Shown piece by piece: positions 53,134 through 64,000 of a DNA stretch of 64,000 nucleotides. Position 1 is the first letter of the stretch. Every line of letters starts with the position of its first letter. The stretch spans positions 192,001 through 256,000 of the forward strand of contig CAXXVO010000006.1 in the NCBI GenBank assembly GCA_963422645.2, in the 5' to 3' direction. The stretch comes from Alphaproteobacteria bacterium (GTDB lineage Bacteria > Pseudomonadota > Alphaproteobacteria > UBA828). Under the pieces are notes generated by a model. It searched no databases. It was not told the origin of the DNA and saw nothing but the letters and a program-made list of their open reading frames with translations. The position numbers and the translations under genes are program-made.

Positions 53134-53613
53134 GTGCTCCGCCTCGGACTGCCGCTCGCGGCCGCCGCCATCGCCGCCGACCAGATCAGCAAGTGGGCCG
53201 CGCGCGATGCGCTCTGGGACCCGCTCCGGCGCATCGAGCTAACCTCCTTCTTCAATCTCGTTCCCGCCGAGAACAAGGGCATCAGCTTCGGTCTGTTCCA
53301 GAGCGAGGGCGCCGGCATGTTGCTGATTGTCGGCCTCGCCCTCGCGATTTCGGTCGGACTCGGTGTCTGGCTGCATCGCAGCCGCTCCCGCTGGCAGGCG
53401 TGCGCGCTCGGCCTCGTCATCGGCGGCGCGGTCGGCAACGTGGTCGATCGGCTGCGCCTCGGCTGGGTCATCGACTTTCTCGATTTCCACGGCGGCGGCT
53501 ATCATTGGCCGACCTTCAACCTAGCCGACTCCGCGATCAGCGTGGGCGTCGTGATGCTGATCGTGCACGGCTTCTTGATGAAGCCACGGAAAGAGCCTAG
53601 AAAAGAATCATGA
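53134..53613 (+). CDS. lspA: Lipoprotein signal peptidase II
   Basis: DQISK, NKGISFG, GAVGNVVDR, VIDF, FNLADSAI. Confidence 0.95.
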   Translation: MLRLGLPLAAAAIAADQISKWAARDALWDPLRRIELTSFFNLVPAENKGISFGLFQSEGAGMLLIVGLALAISVGLGVWLHRSRSRWQACALGLVIGGAVGNVVDRLRLGWVIDFLDFHGGGYHWPTFNLADSAISVGVVMLIVHGFLMKPRKEPRKES

Positions 53614-54143
53614 AGCAGGTTGCACATCGCCCGTTCCGACGCGAGAGAATCGGCCGCCGTGTGGCGGCGGGCCTCGGCGCTCTGGCGCTGGTGGCGTCCC
53701 TTTCCGCCTGCGAGAGCCTCAACGAGACCTTCGGCTTCGGTAAGAAGGCGCCGGACGAGTTTGCGGTGGCGCGAAACGCGCCGCTCACGGTGCCGCCAGA
53801 CTACACGCTGCGCCCACCCCAGCCCGGCGCGCCCAACGCCAACCAGGCCTCAGTGCGCGATCAGGCCGAGAGCGTCCTGTTGCAGGAGGCCGGCGTCAGC
53901 CCTGCCGAGAGTGCGGCGGCAACGAGCGGCGAGACCGCCCTGATCGAACGGGCCGGCGCGACCGACGTGGACCCGAACATCCGGCAGAGCCTGGATCGCG
54001 GGGTCTCGCGCGACGGCCCGAAGGACAAGAGCTTCCTCGATTCGCTCATGTTCTGGCGGGATGACGATCCGCCGGGCGACGTGATCGACGCGGATGCTGA
54101 GGCCGAACGGCTGCGCGAGAAGGGCGGAGAGGACAGCCAGTGA
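53610..54143 (+). CDS. DUF3035-family lipoprotein
   Basis: Lipobox LSAC and PDEFAV...PLTVPPDYTLRPP, in its usual position after lspA. Confidence 0.85.
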   Translation: MKQVAHRPFRRERIGRRVAAGLGALALVASLSACESLNETFGFGKKAPDEFAVARNAPLTVPPDYTLRPPQPGAPNANQASVRDQAESVLLQEAGVSPAESAAATSGETALIERAGATDVDPNIRQSLDRGVSRDGPKDKSFLDSLMFWRDDDPPGDVIDADAEAERLREKGGEDSQ

Positions 54144-54197
54144 GGGCGGGCGGGATGCCGGCCGTCAAGCGGCGCAAGAAGGCACCTCTGGAAGGGA

Positions 54198-55511
54198 TTG
54201 TCTGAGTTGACGCGGCGAGGCCGCGCCCCGACCGAGTCCGAACCATCTGTCGAGACGTCGCCGGCCGTGACGCAGGGCGTGGACGCCTGCTTCGCCGATG
54301 CCGTAGGCCCGGGCGGAATCCCGCGCTCCGCATTCCAGGAACTGCTGCATGAGGCGGCGGCCGCGCTCGAGCGGCTGCGTCAGGCACGCGCGTCCGGGGC
54401 GCATCGCTTCCTCGCCTGTGCCGACTCGCGCGACGATCTCGCCGCGTTGGAGGCGCTGGCTCGCGACTGGCGCGGGCGCTATCGCCGCCTCGTCGTCCTC
54501 GGCACCGGCGGCGCCAGCCTCGGCGGCAAGGCGCTCGCCGCTGCCGGGCCGGAGAGCGAGCGGCTGCTGGTCCTGGACAACGGCGACGCCGACCGCTTCG
54601 ACAGCCTGTTGAAAGGACCGGGCCTCGACCGTACCGGCTTCCTGGTCATCTCGAAATCAGGCGCCACCGCCGAGACTCTCGCGCAAGCGCTGCTCGTGCT
54701 GGGCGATGCGGGTCCTGCAAGCGTCGCTGCCGTCATCACCCAGCCCGGCGCGAGTCCCTTGCGCCGGCTGGCCGCACGCTTCGACCTGCCCGTCCTCGAT
54801 CACGATCCGGCACTGGGAGGCCGGTTCTCGGCGCTCTCCCTGGTCGGCCTCCTGCCCGCGATGTTCGCCGGCATTGACGGCCGGGCCGCCCGGGACGGTG
54901 CGCAGGCGGTGCTGGCGGCGGCGCTGGCGGCGCGAACGCCCGGCGAGTCGGCGCCGGCGGTCGGCGCGGCGCTCGCGGTCGCCGCCATGCGGGCCTGGCC
55001 GGCGGCCAGCATGGTGCTCATGCCCTACGGCCCCAACCTCTACCCCTTCGGGCTCTGGTATCGGCAGCTCTGGGCCGAATCTCTCGGCAAGGACGGGCAT
55101 GGTTCCACGCCGATTCTGGCGCCCGGCCCGGTGGACCAGCACAGCCAGCTGCAGCTCTTCCTGGACGGCCCCGGCGGCAACCTCTTCACCATCCTCGAGG
55201 CACCTGACCCGGTGCCCCGCAGCGTGGACGCCGCGCTGGCCGAAGCGATCGGTGCGGGCTACCTGGGCGGGCGCAGCATGGGTGAGCTGATCGCGGCGCA
55301 GGCGCGCGCCACGGCCACAATGCTCAGCGAAGCCGGCCGGCCCGTGCGCCGCCTGGGCGTTGCGGCGGCCGACGCTTGCGCTGTCGGTGCGCTGATGATG
55401 CACTTCATGCTAGAGACCGTGGTGGCCGCGCACCTGCTCGGCGTCGACCCCTTCGACCAGCCGGCGGTGGAACGGGGCAAGGAGTTGGCGCGCCGCGACC
55501 TGGAAGCCTAG
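54198..55511 (+). CDS. pgi: Glucose-6-phosphate isomerase
   Basis: [58 protein letters not shown]. Confidence 0.9.
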   Translation: MSELTRRGRAPTESEPSVETSPAVTQGVDACFADAVGPGGIPRSAFQELLHEAAAALERLRQARASGAHRFLACADSRDDLAALEALARDWRGRYRRLVVLGTGGASLGGKALAAAGPESERLLVLDNGDADRFDSLLKGPGLDRTGFLVISKSGATAETLAQALLVLGDAGPASVAAVITQPGASPLRRLAARFDLPVLDHDPALGGRFSALSLVGLLPAMFAGIDGRAARDGAQAVLAAALAARTPGESAPAVGAALAVAAMRAWPAASMVLMPYGPNLYPFGLWYRQLWAESLGKDGHGSTPILAPGPVDQHSQLQLFLDGPGGNLFTILEAPDPVPRSVDAALAEAIGAGYLGGRSMGELIAAQARATATMLSEAGRPVRRLGVAAADACAVGALMMHFMLETVVAAHLLGVDPFDQPAVERGKELARRDLEA

Positions 55512-55513
55512 CC

Positions 55514-57342
<1,829 letters not shown>

Positions 57343-57346
<4 letters not shown>

Positions 57347-57437
57347 AGCGCGTCCGTCTTTGACGGACGAGCAACAGGCCGGCCGCCGTGAGCGACAAAT
57401 TCCTAAAGCGTTTCCGTGCAAATCGGAAACGCTCTAA
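57343..57437. repeat. Double-hairpin intergenic palindrome between convergent genes (REP-like or bidirectional terminator)
   Basis: Outer TTAGAGCG...CGCTCTAA, with inner CGTCCGTC-TTT-GACGGACG and AGCGTTTCCG-TGCAAAT-CGGAAACGCT. Confidence 0.65.
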
Positions 57438-57443
57438 GCACCC

Positions 57444-58148
57444 TCAATCCCCAAAGTACGCCGCCGCGATGTCGGCGGATTCGCGCAGCTCGTCGGGCGT
57501 CCGCCTGTCGCCGATGCGGCCGGTCTCCAGCAGGTAGACCTCCTGCGCCAGGCTCATGGCGAAGTTCGCGTTCTGCTCGGTGATCATGATGGTGAGGCCG
57601 AGCCGCTCGTTGAGGTCTCTGAGCACGGCGGCGATCTCCAGGCACACACGGGGCGCGAGGCCGAGCGTCGGCTCGTCCACCATCAGCAGCTTGGGGCTCG
57701 ACATCAACGCCCGGCCGAGCGAGGCCATCTGACGCTCGCCGCCCGATTGGGTCACTGTCTCCTGGTTCTGCCGCTCTTCCAGCCGCGGGAAGAGGTCGAA
57801 GACGGTGCGTAGATTGACCTCGATCTGGTCGCGCTTGCGGTAAGCGCCGACCAGCAGGTTTTCCTTCACCCCCATGAAGGGGAAGAGGTTGCCGCGCTCC
57901 GGCGCGTAGCCGATGCCGAGCCGGACGATCCGCGCCGGCGACATCCGGCTGATGTCGCGGCCCTCGAATTCGATCCGGCCGCGCCGCCGAGTGAGCCCGA
58001 TGACCGAATCGAGAAGGGTCGACTTGCCGGCGCCGTTGGGGCCGACGACGGCGACGATCCGGCCCGCCTCGACGTCGAGCGAGACGCCGTGCAGCGCCTG
58101 CGCGCGGCCGTAGAAGACGTCGAGATCGCCGATGCTCAGCAGCGCCAC
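57444..58148 (-). CDS. Branched-chain amino acid-type ABC ATPase (LivF-like)
   Basis: [29 protein letters not shown]. Confidence 0.92.
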   Translation of the reverse strand: MALLSIGDLDVFYGRAQALHGVSLDVEAGRIVAVVGPNGAGKSTLLDSVIGLTRRRGRIEFEGRDISRMSPARIVRLGIGYAPERGNLFPFMGVKENLLVGAYRKRDQIEVNLRTVFDLFPRLEERQNQETVTQSGGERQMASLGRALMSSPKLLMVDEPTLGLAPRVCLEIAAVLRDLNERLGLTIMITEQNANFAMSLAQEVYLLETGRIGDRRTPDELRESADIAAAYFGD

Positions 58149-58169
58149 GGCCCTCTCTCCTCCCCCCTC

Positions 58170-58922
58170 CTATTGCCCGAGGTAGGCATCGCGCACCGCC
58201 TCGTCGCGCACCACGTCGTCGAAGGTGCCCTCCGCGATGACCTCGCCGAAGGACATCACGATGACCCGGTCCACCAGGGGCGCGAGCGCGCGCAGGTCAT
58301 GGCTCACGATGATGTAGGTGAGCCCGTCCTTGCGCTTCTTCTCGACCAGCAGCTCGGAGATCTGGGCGATCTCGCGCAGCGTAAGGCCGGCGAAGACCTC
58401 GTCGAGAAGCAGCAGCGTGGGCGCGACGGCGACGTTGCGCGCCATCTCCAGCCGGCGCAGGTCGCCCATGGCAAGCTCGCTCGGCAGCATACCGATCTGC
58501 TCGTCGGAGAAGCCGACGCTGTGGCCGATCTCCGCCTCGGCCGCGTGGTCCGCTCCCTCGCCGATGAGCTTCCAGATATCGTCCGGCGCCATGCCGACGC
58601 GGATGTTGGCGCCCACCGACATTTCGGCGAAGGGCTGGGGCACCTGATAGGTCCGCGCGATGCCGCGCTTGACCCGCTCGTAGGTGGGCACGCGGGTGAT
58701 GTTCTCGCCCTTGAACCAGATCTCGCCGCTGGTGGGCTTGAGCTCCGCCATGATCATGTTGAAGACGGTGGTCTTGCCGGCGCCGTTGGGGCCGATCAGG
58801 CCGAGGGTCTCGCCCTCCGCCACCTGGAACGAGATCCCCTGCACGGCGCGGATGCCGCCGAAGGTCATGTGGAGGTCGCGCACCTCCAGCAGCGGACCCG
58901 CGCTCGCCGTCACCGCCGCCAC
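58170..58922 (-). CDS. Branched-chain amino acid-type ABC ATPase (LivG-like)
   Basis: [35 protein letters not shown]. Confidence 0.92.
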   Translation of the reverse strand: MAAVTASAGPLLEVRDLHMTFGGIRAVQGISFQVAEGETLGLIGPNGAGKTTVFNMIMAELKPTSGEIWFKGENITRVPTYERVKRGIARTYQVPQPFAEMSVGANIRVGMAPDDIWKLIGEGADHAAEAEIGHSVGFSDEQIGMLPSELAMGDLRRLEMARNVAVAPTLLLLDEVFAGLTLREIAQISELLVEKKRKDGLTYIIVSHDLRALAPLVDRVIVMSFGEVIAEGTFDDVVRDEAVRDAYLGQ

Positions 58923-59863
58923 TCCTGCACCTTGCGGCCGGCGTCTACGATGATGCTATAGATGCCTTCCGGCCGGACGACGTAGAGCACCAGCGCGATT
59001 CCGCCGTAGAGCAGATAGCGTTCCATGCCCGGCATCACCGGCCGCAGGTATTCCAGCAGGACGGTCAGGAAGTAGGCGCCCAAGATCGGGCCGATAATGG
59101 TTTCCGCCCCGCCCAGCAGCGCCGCAACCAGGATGGTGAAGAGGAAGTTGATCTCGAACATGCCGCGCGGCGCGATCGAGCCGATGTAATGGACGTAGAA
59201 GGCGCCGCCGATGCCGGAGACCGCCGCGCTCACCGTGAAGGCGAAGAGCTTGAGCTTGGTGGTGTTGTGGCCGGTGCTGCGGACGGCATCCTCGTTCATT
59301 CTGATGGCGCTCAGTGCGACGCCGAGCCGCGTGCGGATGAGCAGCCAGAGCACCACGCCAATGATGAACATGATGCCGAAGCTGAGGTAGTAGTTGTTGA
59401 CGGCGCCGGTGACGATGGAATCGAGGCCGGAGATGCCCCGCGTGCCGCCGGTGATCTTGGGCGCCACCACCTTGGTGAGCTGGTAGAGGATCTCCATGAA
59501 GGCGAGCGTCACCAGGGCGAAATAGGTGCCGCGGATGCGCAGTGCCGGCAGGAAGAAAAGCGTGCCGCCCACCATGGTCGCGACGACCGCTGCCGGAATG
59601 CTGTAGTAGATCGGCACGTCGAATCGGAAACTGAGGATCGCCGTGGTATAGCCGGCGATGCCGATCAGGAAGGGGTGGCCGAAGCTGATGTAGCCGGTCC
59701 GGCCTGAGAGGAAATCCCAGCTCATGGCGAACATCGCCAGGAAGTGGGCGAAGATCAGGATGCGCAGCGTGCCGGTGCCGACCACCAGCGGCAGCAGGCA
59801 CATGAGCACGCCGAAGGCGAGCCACCAGCCGAGATAGCGCAGCGTCTCGCGGTCGATGGCCAC
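58910..59863 (-). CDS. Branched-chain amino acid-type ABC permease (LivM-like)
   Basis: [33 protein letters not shown]. Confidence 0.92.
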   Translation of the reverse strand: MAIDRETLRYLGWWLAFGVLMCLLPLVVGTGTLRILIFAHFLAMFAMSWDFLSGRTGYISFGHPFLIGIAGYTTAILSFRFDVPIYYSIPAAVVATMVGGTLFFLPALRIRGTYFALVTLAFMEILYQLTKVVAPKITGGTRGISGLDSIVTGAVNNYYLSFGIMFIIGVVLWLLIRTRLGVALSAIRMNEDAVRSTGHNTTKLKLFAFTVSAAVSGIGGAFYVHYIGSIAPRGMFEINFLFTILVAALLGGAETIIGPILGAYFLTVLLEYLRPVMPGMERYLLYGGIALVLYVVRPEGIYSIIVDAGRKVQEWRR

Positions 59864-59866
59864 GGC

Positions 59867-60721
59867 TCAGAGCTCCGCCCTGCCGAAGAGGCCCTTGGGC
59901 CGCACCAGCAGCACCAGGATGATGAGCAGCATGGTGGAGACGCCGCGCAGCTCGGCCGCGATGATCGTGGTCGTGATGGTCTCCACGAAGCCGATGATGT
60001 GGGCCGCAATCAGGCTGCCCACGATGCTGCCGATGCCGCCGACAATCACCACGGCGACCGAGATGATGAGCGGGAACACCCACATGTGGGAATCGAGCTG
60101 GGTAAAGGTGGCGAAGAAGACCCCGGCGATGGCCCCGAAGGCACCTGAGAGCGCCCAGGTCACCATGCTGATGACGCTGGGCTCGATGCCCGAGATCACC
60201 GCGCCCTTGCGGTCCATGGAGACCGCGCGGATGGCGCGGCCGAGGTGGGTGTAACGCACGAAGGCAATGAGGCCGCTGAGCACGATCCAGCTCACGCCCG
60301 TGGCCAGCAGGATGTTCATGGTGACCGAGATGCCCTCGAAGCGCAGCACGCCGCGAATCACCGGCCACATGGTCTTGGGCGCGGCACCGAAGATCACAAC
60401 GATCAGCGCCTGCATGACGACGGCGAGAATCAGCGTCGATATCTCGACCGCGATCGGGTTGTCTTCCAGCCGACGTACCAGCAACAAGTAGGTGAGCAGG
60501 CCGAAGGTCACGCCCGCCAGTATCGCCAGAATAAAGCTCGCGAAGACCGGCAGCCCCGCCCCCGGGAGGGCCGCGTAATAAATGTAGCCGCCGAGCATGA
60601 TGTAGACGCCGTAGGCGAGGTTCAGCACCCGGCCCACGCTGAAGATCATGGTGAAGCCAACGGCGATCAGCGCATAGAGGCCGCTGAGTACAAACCCTTG
60701 GATCAGGATCTGGAGCGCCAT
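59867..60721 (-). CDS. Branched-chain amino acid-type ABC permease (LivH-like)
   Basis: YALIAVGFTMIF, LNLAYG, GRAIRAVS, VIVGGIGSIVG, VRPKGLFG. Confidence 0.92.
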   Translation of the reverse strand: MALQILIQGFVLSGLYALIAVGFTMIFSVGRVLNLAYGVYIMLGGYIYYAALPGAGLPVFASFILAILAGVTFGLLTYLLLVRRLEDNPIAVEISTLILAVVMQALIVVIFGAAPKTMWPVIRGVLRFEGISVTMNILLATGVSWIVLSGLIAFVRYTHLGRAIRAVSMDRKGAVISGIEPSVISMVTWALSGAFGAIAGVFFATFTQLDSHMWVFPLIISVAVVIVGGIGSIVGSLIAAHIIGFVETITTTIIAAELRGVSTMLLIILVLLVRPKGLFGRAEL

Positions 60722-60868
60722 CCGGGTCCGCTCAGCCGCCGTCGCGTCGATGTTCGTGTGCCGGCCGAAACAGCGCTCTCACTCTCTGCTCCGGCCGGCT
60801 ACAGTCAGGCTACAGACAGATTAGCCCGGGCGCGACCCGTGAGGCCGCGCCCGGAACTATAACGTTGC

Positions 60869-62173
60869 CTACTTCAGCCAGTCCGGCACCTCGAACTCGC
60901 CGTTGGCGTATTTCGGCGGATAGACCACCTTGGTGGTGCCATCCGAGTACCACTGGATGACCACCATCGACGGCGCCCCTTCGTCATAGGGCGGATCGAT
61001 GTCGAACTTGATGTTGTGGGTGTACTCCCGCTGGGTCCGGGGCTCGATCTCTCCCGGCTTCCAGAAGGCGTAGCGGAGCCAGATCTCGCCGTCCTTCTCG
61101 ACGATGATATCGTCGTTCTCCATCTCGCGGACCCAGTCGTCGAGCGGCGCGAAGCCGCCGGCGCGCTCGGCTGCAGAGAAGGCGTTGAGCATGCCGTAAT
61201 AGGCGTTGAAGCCGTTGAAGTGCGGGAAGACCGGCCGAGAGTCACCGTACTTGGCGGTGTAACGCTCGAGGAACTCCGCCGTGCGCGGGTCGATGTCGGA
61301 GCCGATCGAGGGCACCGGGCTCAGCGTCGAGATGCCGCCGCCGAGGCCGCCGGTGTCGTCCCAGAACTCCCGGGCGAAGGCAGAGACGTTGATCCCGGTC
61401 ATCGGCACCGGCACCTCGAGCTTCACGTACTGCGAGGCAGGCACCTGGCTGCGCACCGCCGCGATCAGGTAGATGAAGTCGGGCTCGGCCGCCGCCGCCT
61501 TGTTGTAGATCGGCCCGAAGTCGACCGTGTTGGTGTCGTAGACGGTGTGACCGATGATCTCGATGCCGGCCTCCGGCGCGAGAACCTGCTCGATCAGTTC
61601 GTACACGCCGCCGCCGAACGCCGTGTCCTCCTGCAGCACGTACACGGTACTCCAGCCCATCTGCTTGGCGAGCACGTCCTTGCCGAAGTCGACATAGAGG
61701 ATGGCCAGCGCGTAGTCGTTGGAGACGTTCATGAAGTACATCTTGTACTTCTCGTACTCCTCGACGACCTTGTCGATGATGCCGACGTAAGAGGTCCAGG
61801 TATCCAGCGTCGGCGTCCGGTACTCCGCCATGCGTTCGAGCCAGCCCAGCGACACGTCGTCGATGCAGCCCGAGATGATGAAGTCCACGTTCTCGACTTC
61901 GTTGAGATACTCGTAGGCCCGGATGCCTTCCTGCACGTCCTCACGCGTATCGGCCATGACCAGCTCGATCATGCGTCCGCCGAGTACACCGCCGTTCGCA
62001 TTGAGCTCCTCGATGGCGATCTCGGTGCCCCGGATCGTGCTCTTGCCGGTATCGGTATCGAAGGAACCGATATAACCAACTTTTATGGGGTCGGCAGCGG
62101 GCGCTGCCGTAGTTAGCGACCAGACGGCCACCGCCGCCGCGGCGGCTCCGATCAAGAGGTGACGGAGTCTCAT
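60869..62173 (-). CDS. LivJ/K-type ABC substrate-binding protein
   Basis: Signal peptide, IKVG, AIEELNANGGVLGGRMIELV..D; first gene of the liv-type operon. Confidence 0.9.
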   Translation of the reverse strand: MRLRHLLIGAAAAAVAVWSLTTAAPAADPIKVGYIGSFDTDTGKSTIRGTEIAIEELNANGGVLGGRMIELVMADTREDVQEGIRAYEYLNEVENVDFIISGCIDDVSLGWLERMAEYRTPTLDTWTSYVGIIDKVVEEYEKYKMYFMNVSNDYALAILYVDFGKDVLAKQMGWSTVYVLQEDTAFGGGVYELIEQVLAPEAGIEIIGHTVYDTNTVDFGPIYNKAAAAEPDFIYLIAAVRSQVPASQYVKLEVPVPMTGINVSAFAREFWDDTGGLGGGISTLSPVPSIGSDIDPRTAEFLERYTAKYGDSRPVFPHFNGFNAYYGMLNAFSAAERAGGFAPLDDWVREMENDDIIVEKDGEIWLRYAFWKPGEIEPRTQREYTHNIKFDIDPPYDEGAPSMVVIQWYSDGTTKVVYPPKYANGEFEVPDWLK

Positions 62174-62283
62174 GACCACCCTCCCATTCCTGTTATTGGT
62201 CTCGCGCGCGTAGCACTCTAGAGGGGTTCCCGATCGAGGGAAACCGCGTCCGTTGCAGGCCACCGATGCGTTTGGTGCATCCC

Positions 62284-63150
62284 TTAGACGCCGCCCCACC
62301 CCCCGGTCAGGTAGCGCTCGATGAAGGACGAACGATGGCCTGCGGCAGTCCAGAGGATGGGAAAGAAGGTCTCGTCCATGGCCGTCTCGCCCACGCGCTT
62401 GTAGCGGCCGTAGATGGCGCCGACGTTGCTTTCGTGGAATCGAGCCTCGCTCGAGAAGCAGTGGACGACCAGGCTGCGACGCCCGACTCCGGCGGCCTCC
62501 ACGAGCGAGCCGTGCCAGGTGCGGCCGTGGTGGAAGGCTCCGCCTCCTGCCGGCACTTCCACCGGCACCAGCTCCGGCTTCACGCCTGCCCGCGACGCGG
62601 CGTCGTTCAGCGCCGCAAGCGGCTCATCGGGTGCATGGAAAGCGTCCGGCTGCGGCGAGAGGCCCCAGCGATGCGAGCCTCTGACATAGTTGACCGTCCC
62701 GGCATCGCGCGCGGTGTCGTCGAGGGCGATCCAGCAGCTCGTCATCTCGGGCGGCAACACCCAGTCCAAGTAGCTCGCATCCTGATGGAAGCCGAGGGAC
62801 TTGCCGCCCGGCGGCTTCCACAGCAGGTTGTCCTGGGCGAGCCGCGCACCGGGCCAGCCGGAGAGCTGCGCACAGGCCGCGCCGACCTCGGCGGAGAGAA
62901 TGGTCGCGGCGACAGCGCGGTCCGCTTTCCAGCCGTTGCAGATCTGGCGGGTCAGGTCGGGGGCGTCGCGGCCTTCGCGCCAGTTCCACTCGTCAGGCTG
63001 GAGCCCGGTCTCGAACTCGCCGCGAAAGAGCGGCTCGAAGCGCTCGCGCAGGCGCGCCGCTGTCGCGGGCGGAATGATGCGCGGCACAACGGCGAAGCCG
63101 TCCTCGGCAAAGGACGCACGCTGCCGGTCGGTCAGCGTGAATCCTGCCAT
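62284..63150 (-). CDS. Phytanoyl-CoA dioxygenase (PhyH) family protein
   Basis: FAEDGF, FHQDASY, CWIALDD, YVRGSH, HHGRTWHGS. Confidence 0.9.
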   Translation of the reverse strand: MAGFTLTDRQRASFAEDGFAVVPRIIPPATAARLRERFEPLFRGEFETGLQPDEWNWREGRDAPDLTRQICNGWKADRAVAATILSAEVGAACAQLSGWPGARLAQDNLLWKPPGGKSLGFHQDASYLDWVLPPEMTSCWIALDDTARDAGTVNYVRGSHRWGLSPQPDAFHAPDEPLAALNDAASRAGVKPELVPVEVPAGGGAFHHGRTWHGSLVEAAGVGRRSLVVHCFSSEARFHESNVGAIYGRYKRVGETAMDETFFPILWTAAGHRSSFIERYLTGGWGGV

Positions 63151-63279
63151 GCTCCCCCTCCCTTCGACCGTGCTTGGCGCACTCGGGCCAATGTCTCGCC
63201 ATCATAGAAAGGCCCCTTAGCTGCACAACGGCCCGACCAGCGCTTTGCAAATCCGTCCGACGGATGGGACAAGGCGCCC

Positions 63280-64000
63280 ATGAACGAAGCGATCGACATT
63301 CCCATCCTGCCCGGCCTGGCGCCCCTGACGGCCGATTACGACGGCTACATCCTCGATGTCTGGGGTGTGATGCACCAGGGCGGGCCGGTCTACCCGGAGG
63401 CGCTCGCCTGCGTGCGCCGGCTGCGCGCAGCCGGCAAGCGGGTGGTGTTCCTCTCCAACGCGCCGCGGCTCGCCCCGCAGGTCGAAGCCGTGCTCAAGGG
63501 CAAGGGGGTCGATGCCGGGCTCTACGACGCCGTGGTCGCCTCCGGCGATGCCGCTCGGCACGCGCTTGCGGATCGCGCGCGTCCCCCGGTCGAAGGGCTT
63601 GGCACTCGCTACCGTCTGCTCGGGCCGCCCGGGTCCGACGACGTGCTCGACGGTCTCGACTACACCGCCGCAACCGACATCGCGACGGCGGAATTCTTGC
63701 TCGGCATCGGTCTCGACGACGCCAGCAACACGGTCGAGGCTCACGAGCCGATTCTGCAAGCCGCAGTCACCCGCCGCCTGCCCATGATTTGCGTCAATCC
63801 CGACCTTCTCGTGATCCGACTCGGCGTTCAGGAAGCCTGCGCCGGCGCCCTTGCCGCGCGCTATGAGGCGCTCGGCGGCCGCGTGCGCTACTTCGGCAAG
63901 CCCTACCCGGACGTTTACGACCTGGCGCTGGCCAAGCTGGGCCTCCCGTCCGCCCGCGTGCTCGCGGTCGGCGACGGACTCGCCACCGATATCGCAGGCG
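63280..64000 (+). CDS. HAD-superfamily subfamily IIA hydrolase, partial (runs off the window)
   Basis: Manual translation YDGYILDVWGVMHQG, FLSNAPR, ICVNPD, GKPYP, LAVGDGLATDIAG. Absent from the ORF track because it has no stop in the window. Confidence 0.9.
   Translation, partial: MNEAIDIPILPGLAPLTADYDGYILDVWGVMHQGGPVYPEALACVRRLRAAGKRVVFLSNAPRLAPQVEAVLKGKGVDAGLYDAVVASGDAARHALADRARPPVEGLGTRYRLLGPPGSDDVLDGLDYTAATDIATAEFLLGIGLDDASNTVEAHEPILQAAVTRRLPMICVNPDLLVIRLGVQEACAGALAARYEALGGRVRYFGKPYPDVYDLALAKLGLPSARVLAVGDGLATDIAG

Overview
High-GC alphaproteobacterial chromosome window with no rRNA, tRNA or CRISPR array detected. It alternates between heavily scrambled insertion-sequence piles and ordinary metabolic or core genes. 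(1) 1-11.7 kb is a decayed defence island: a Type ISP R-M C-terminus, an SNF2 helicase N-terminus, an intact PrlF-YhaV pair, a frameshifted HigB with intact HigA, and integrase, Phd, HEPN-like and DUF4238-like fragments, broken by IS21, IS66 and an unclassified IS. (2) 11.7-31.5 kb holds a macrodomain gene, acyl-CoA dehydrogenases, cinA-like/sfsA/map/radC, an oxygenase, an esterase, a fused E1 dehydrogenase, a sugar ABC operon and a PhyH gene; 10.9-21.5 kb is bracketed by two apparently identical IS21 copies. (3) 31.5-43.5 kb is a nested IS pile (IS1182, IS1380, the unclassified IS, several IS21, IS3, IS66 scraps). (4) 43.8-64 kb holds tandem HpcH aldolases, tandem solute-binding proteins, an outer-membrane protein, ribF-ileS-lspA-DUF3035-pgi-mutL, a liv-type ABC operon, a PhyH gene and a HAD hydrolase. 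The best candidates for novelty are: a 2513-bp IS that I cannot place in a named family, present as four pieces, with a 785-aa DDE transposase, a strict ANNNT target and a stop codon formed at the element boundary; a 172-bp structured element closed by a 25-bp inverted repeat; a long-palindrome repeat family with variable cores; and an HpcH paralogue with an apparent Arg-to-Ser / Gln-to-Lys active-site swap. Family assignments are from motif recognition by eye, not database searches.
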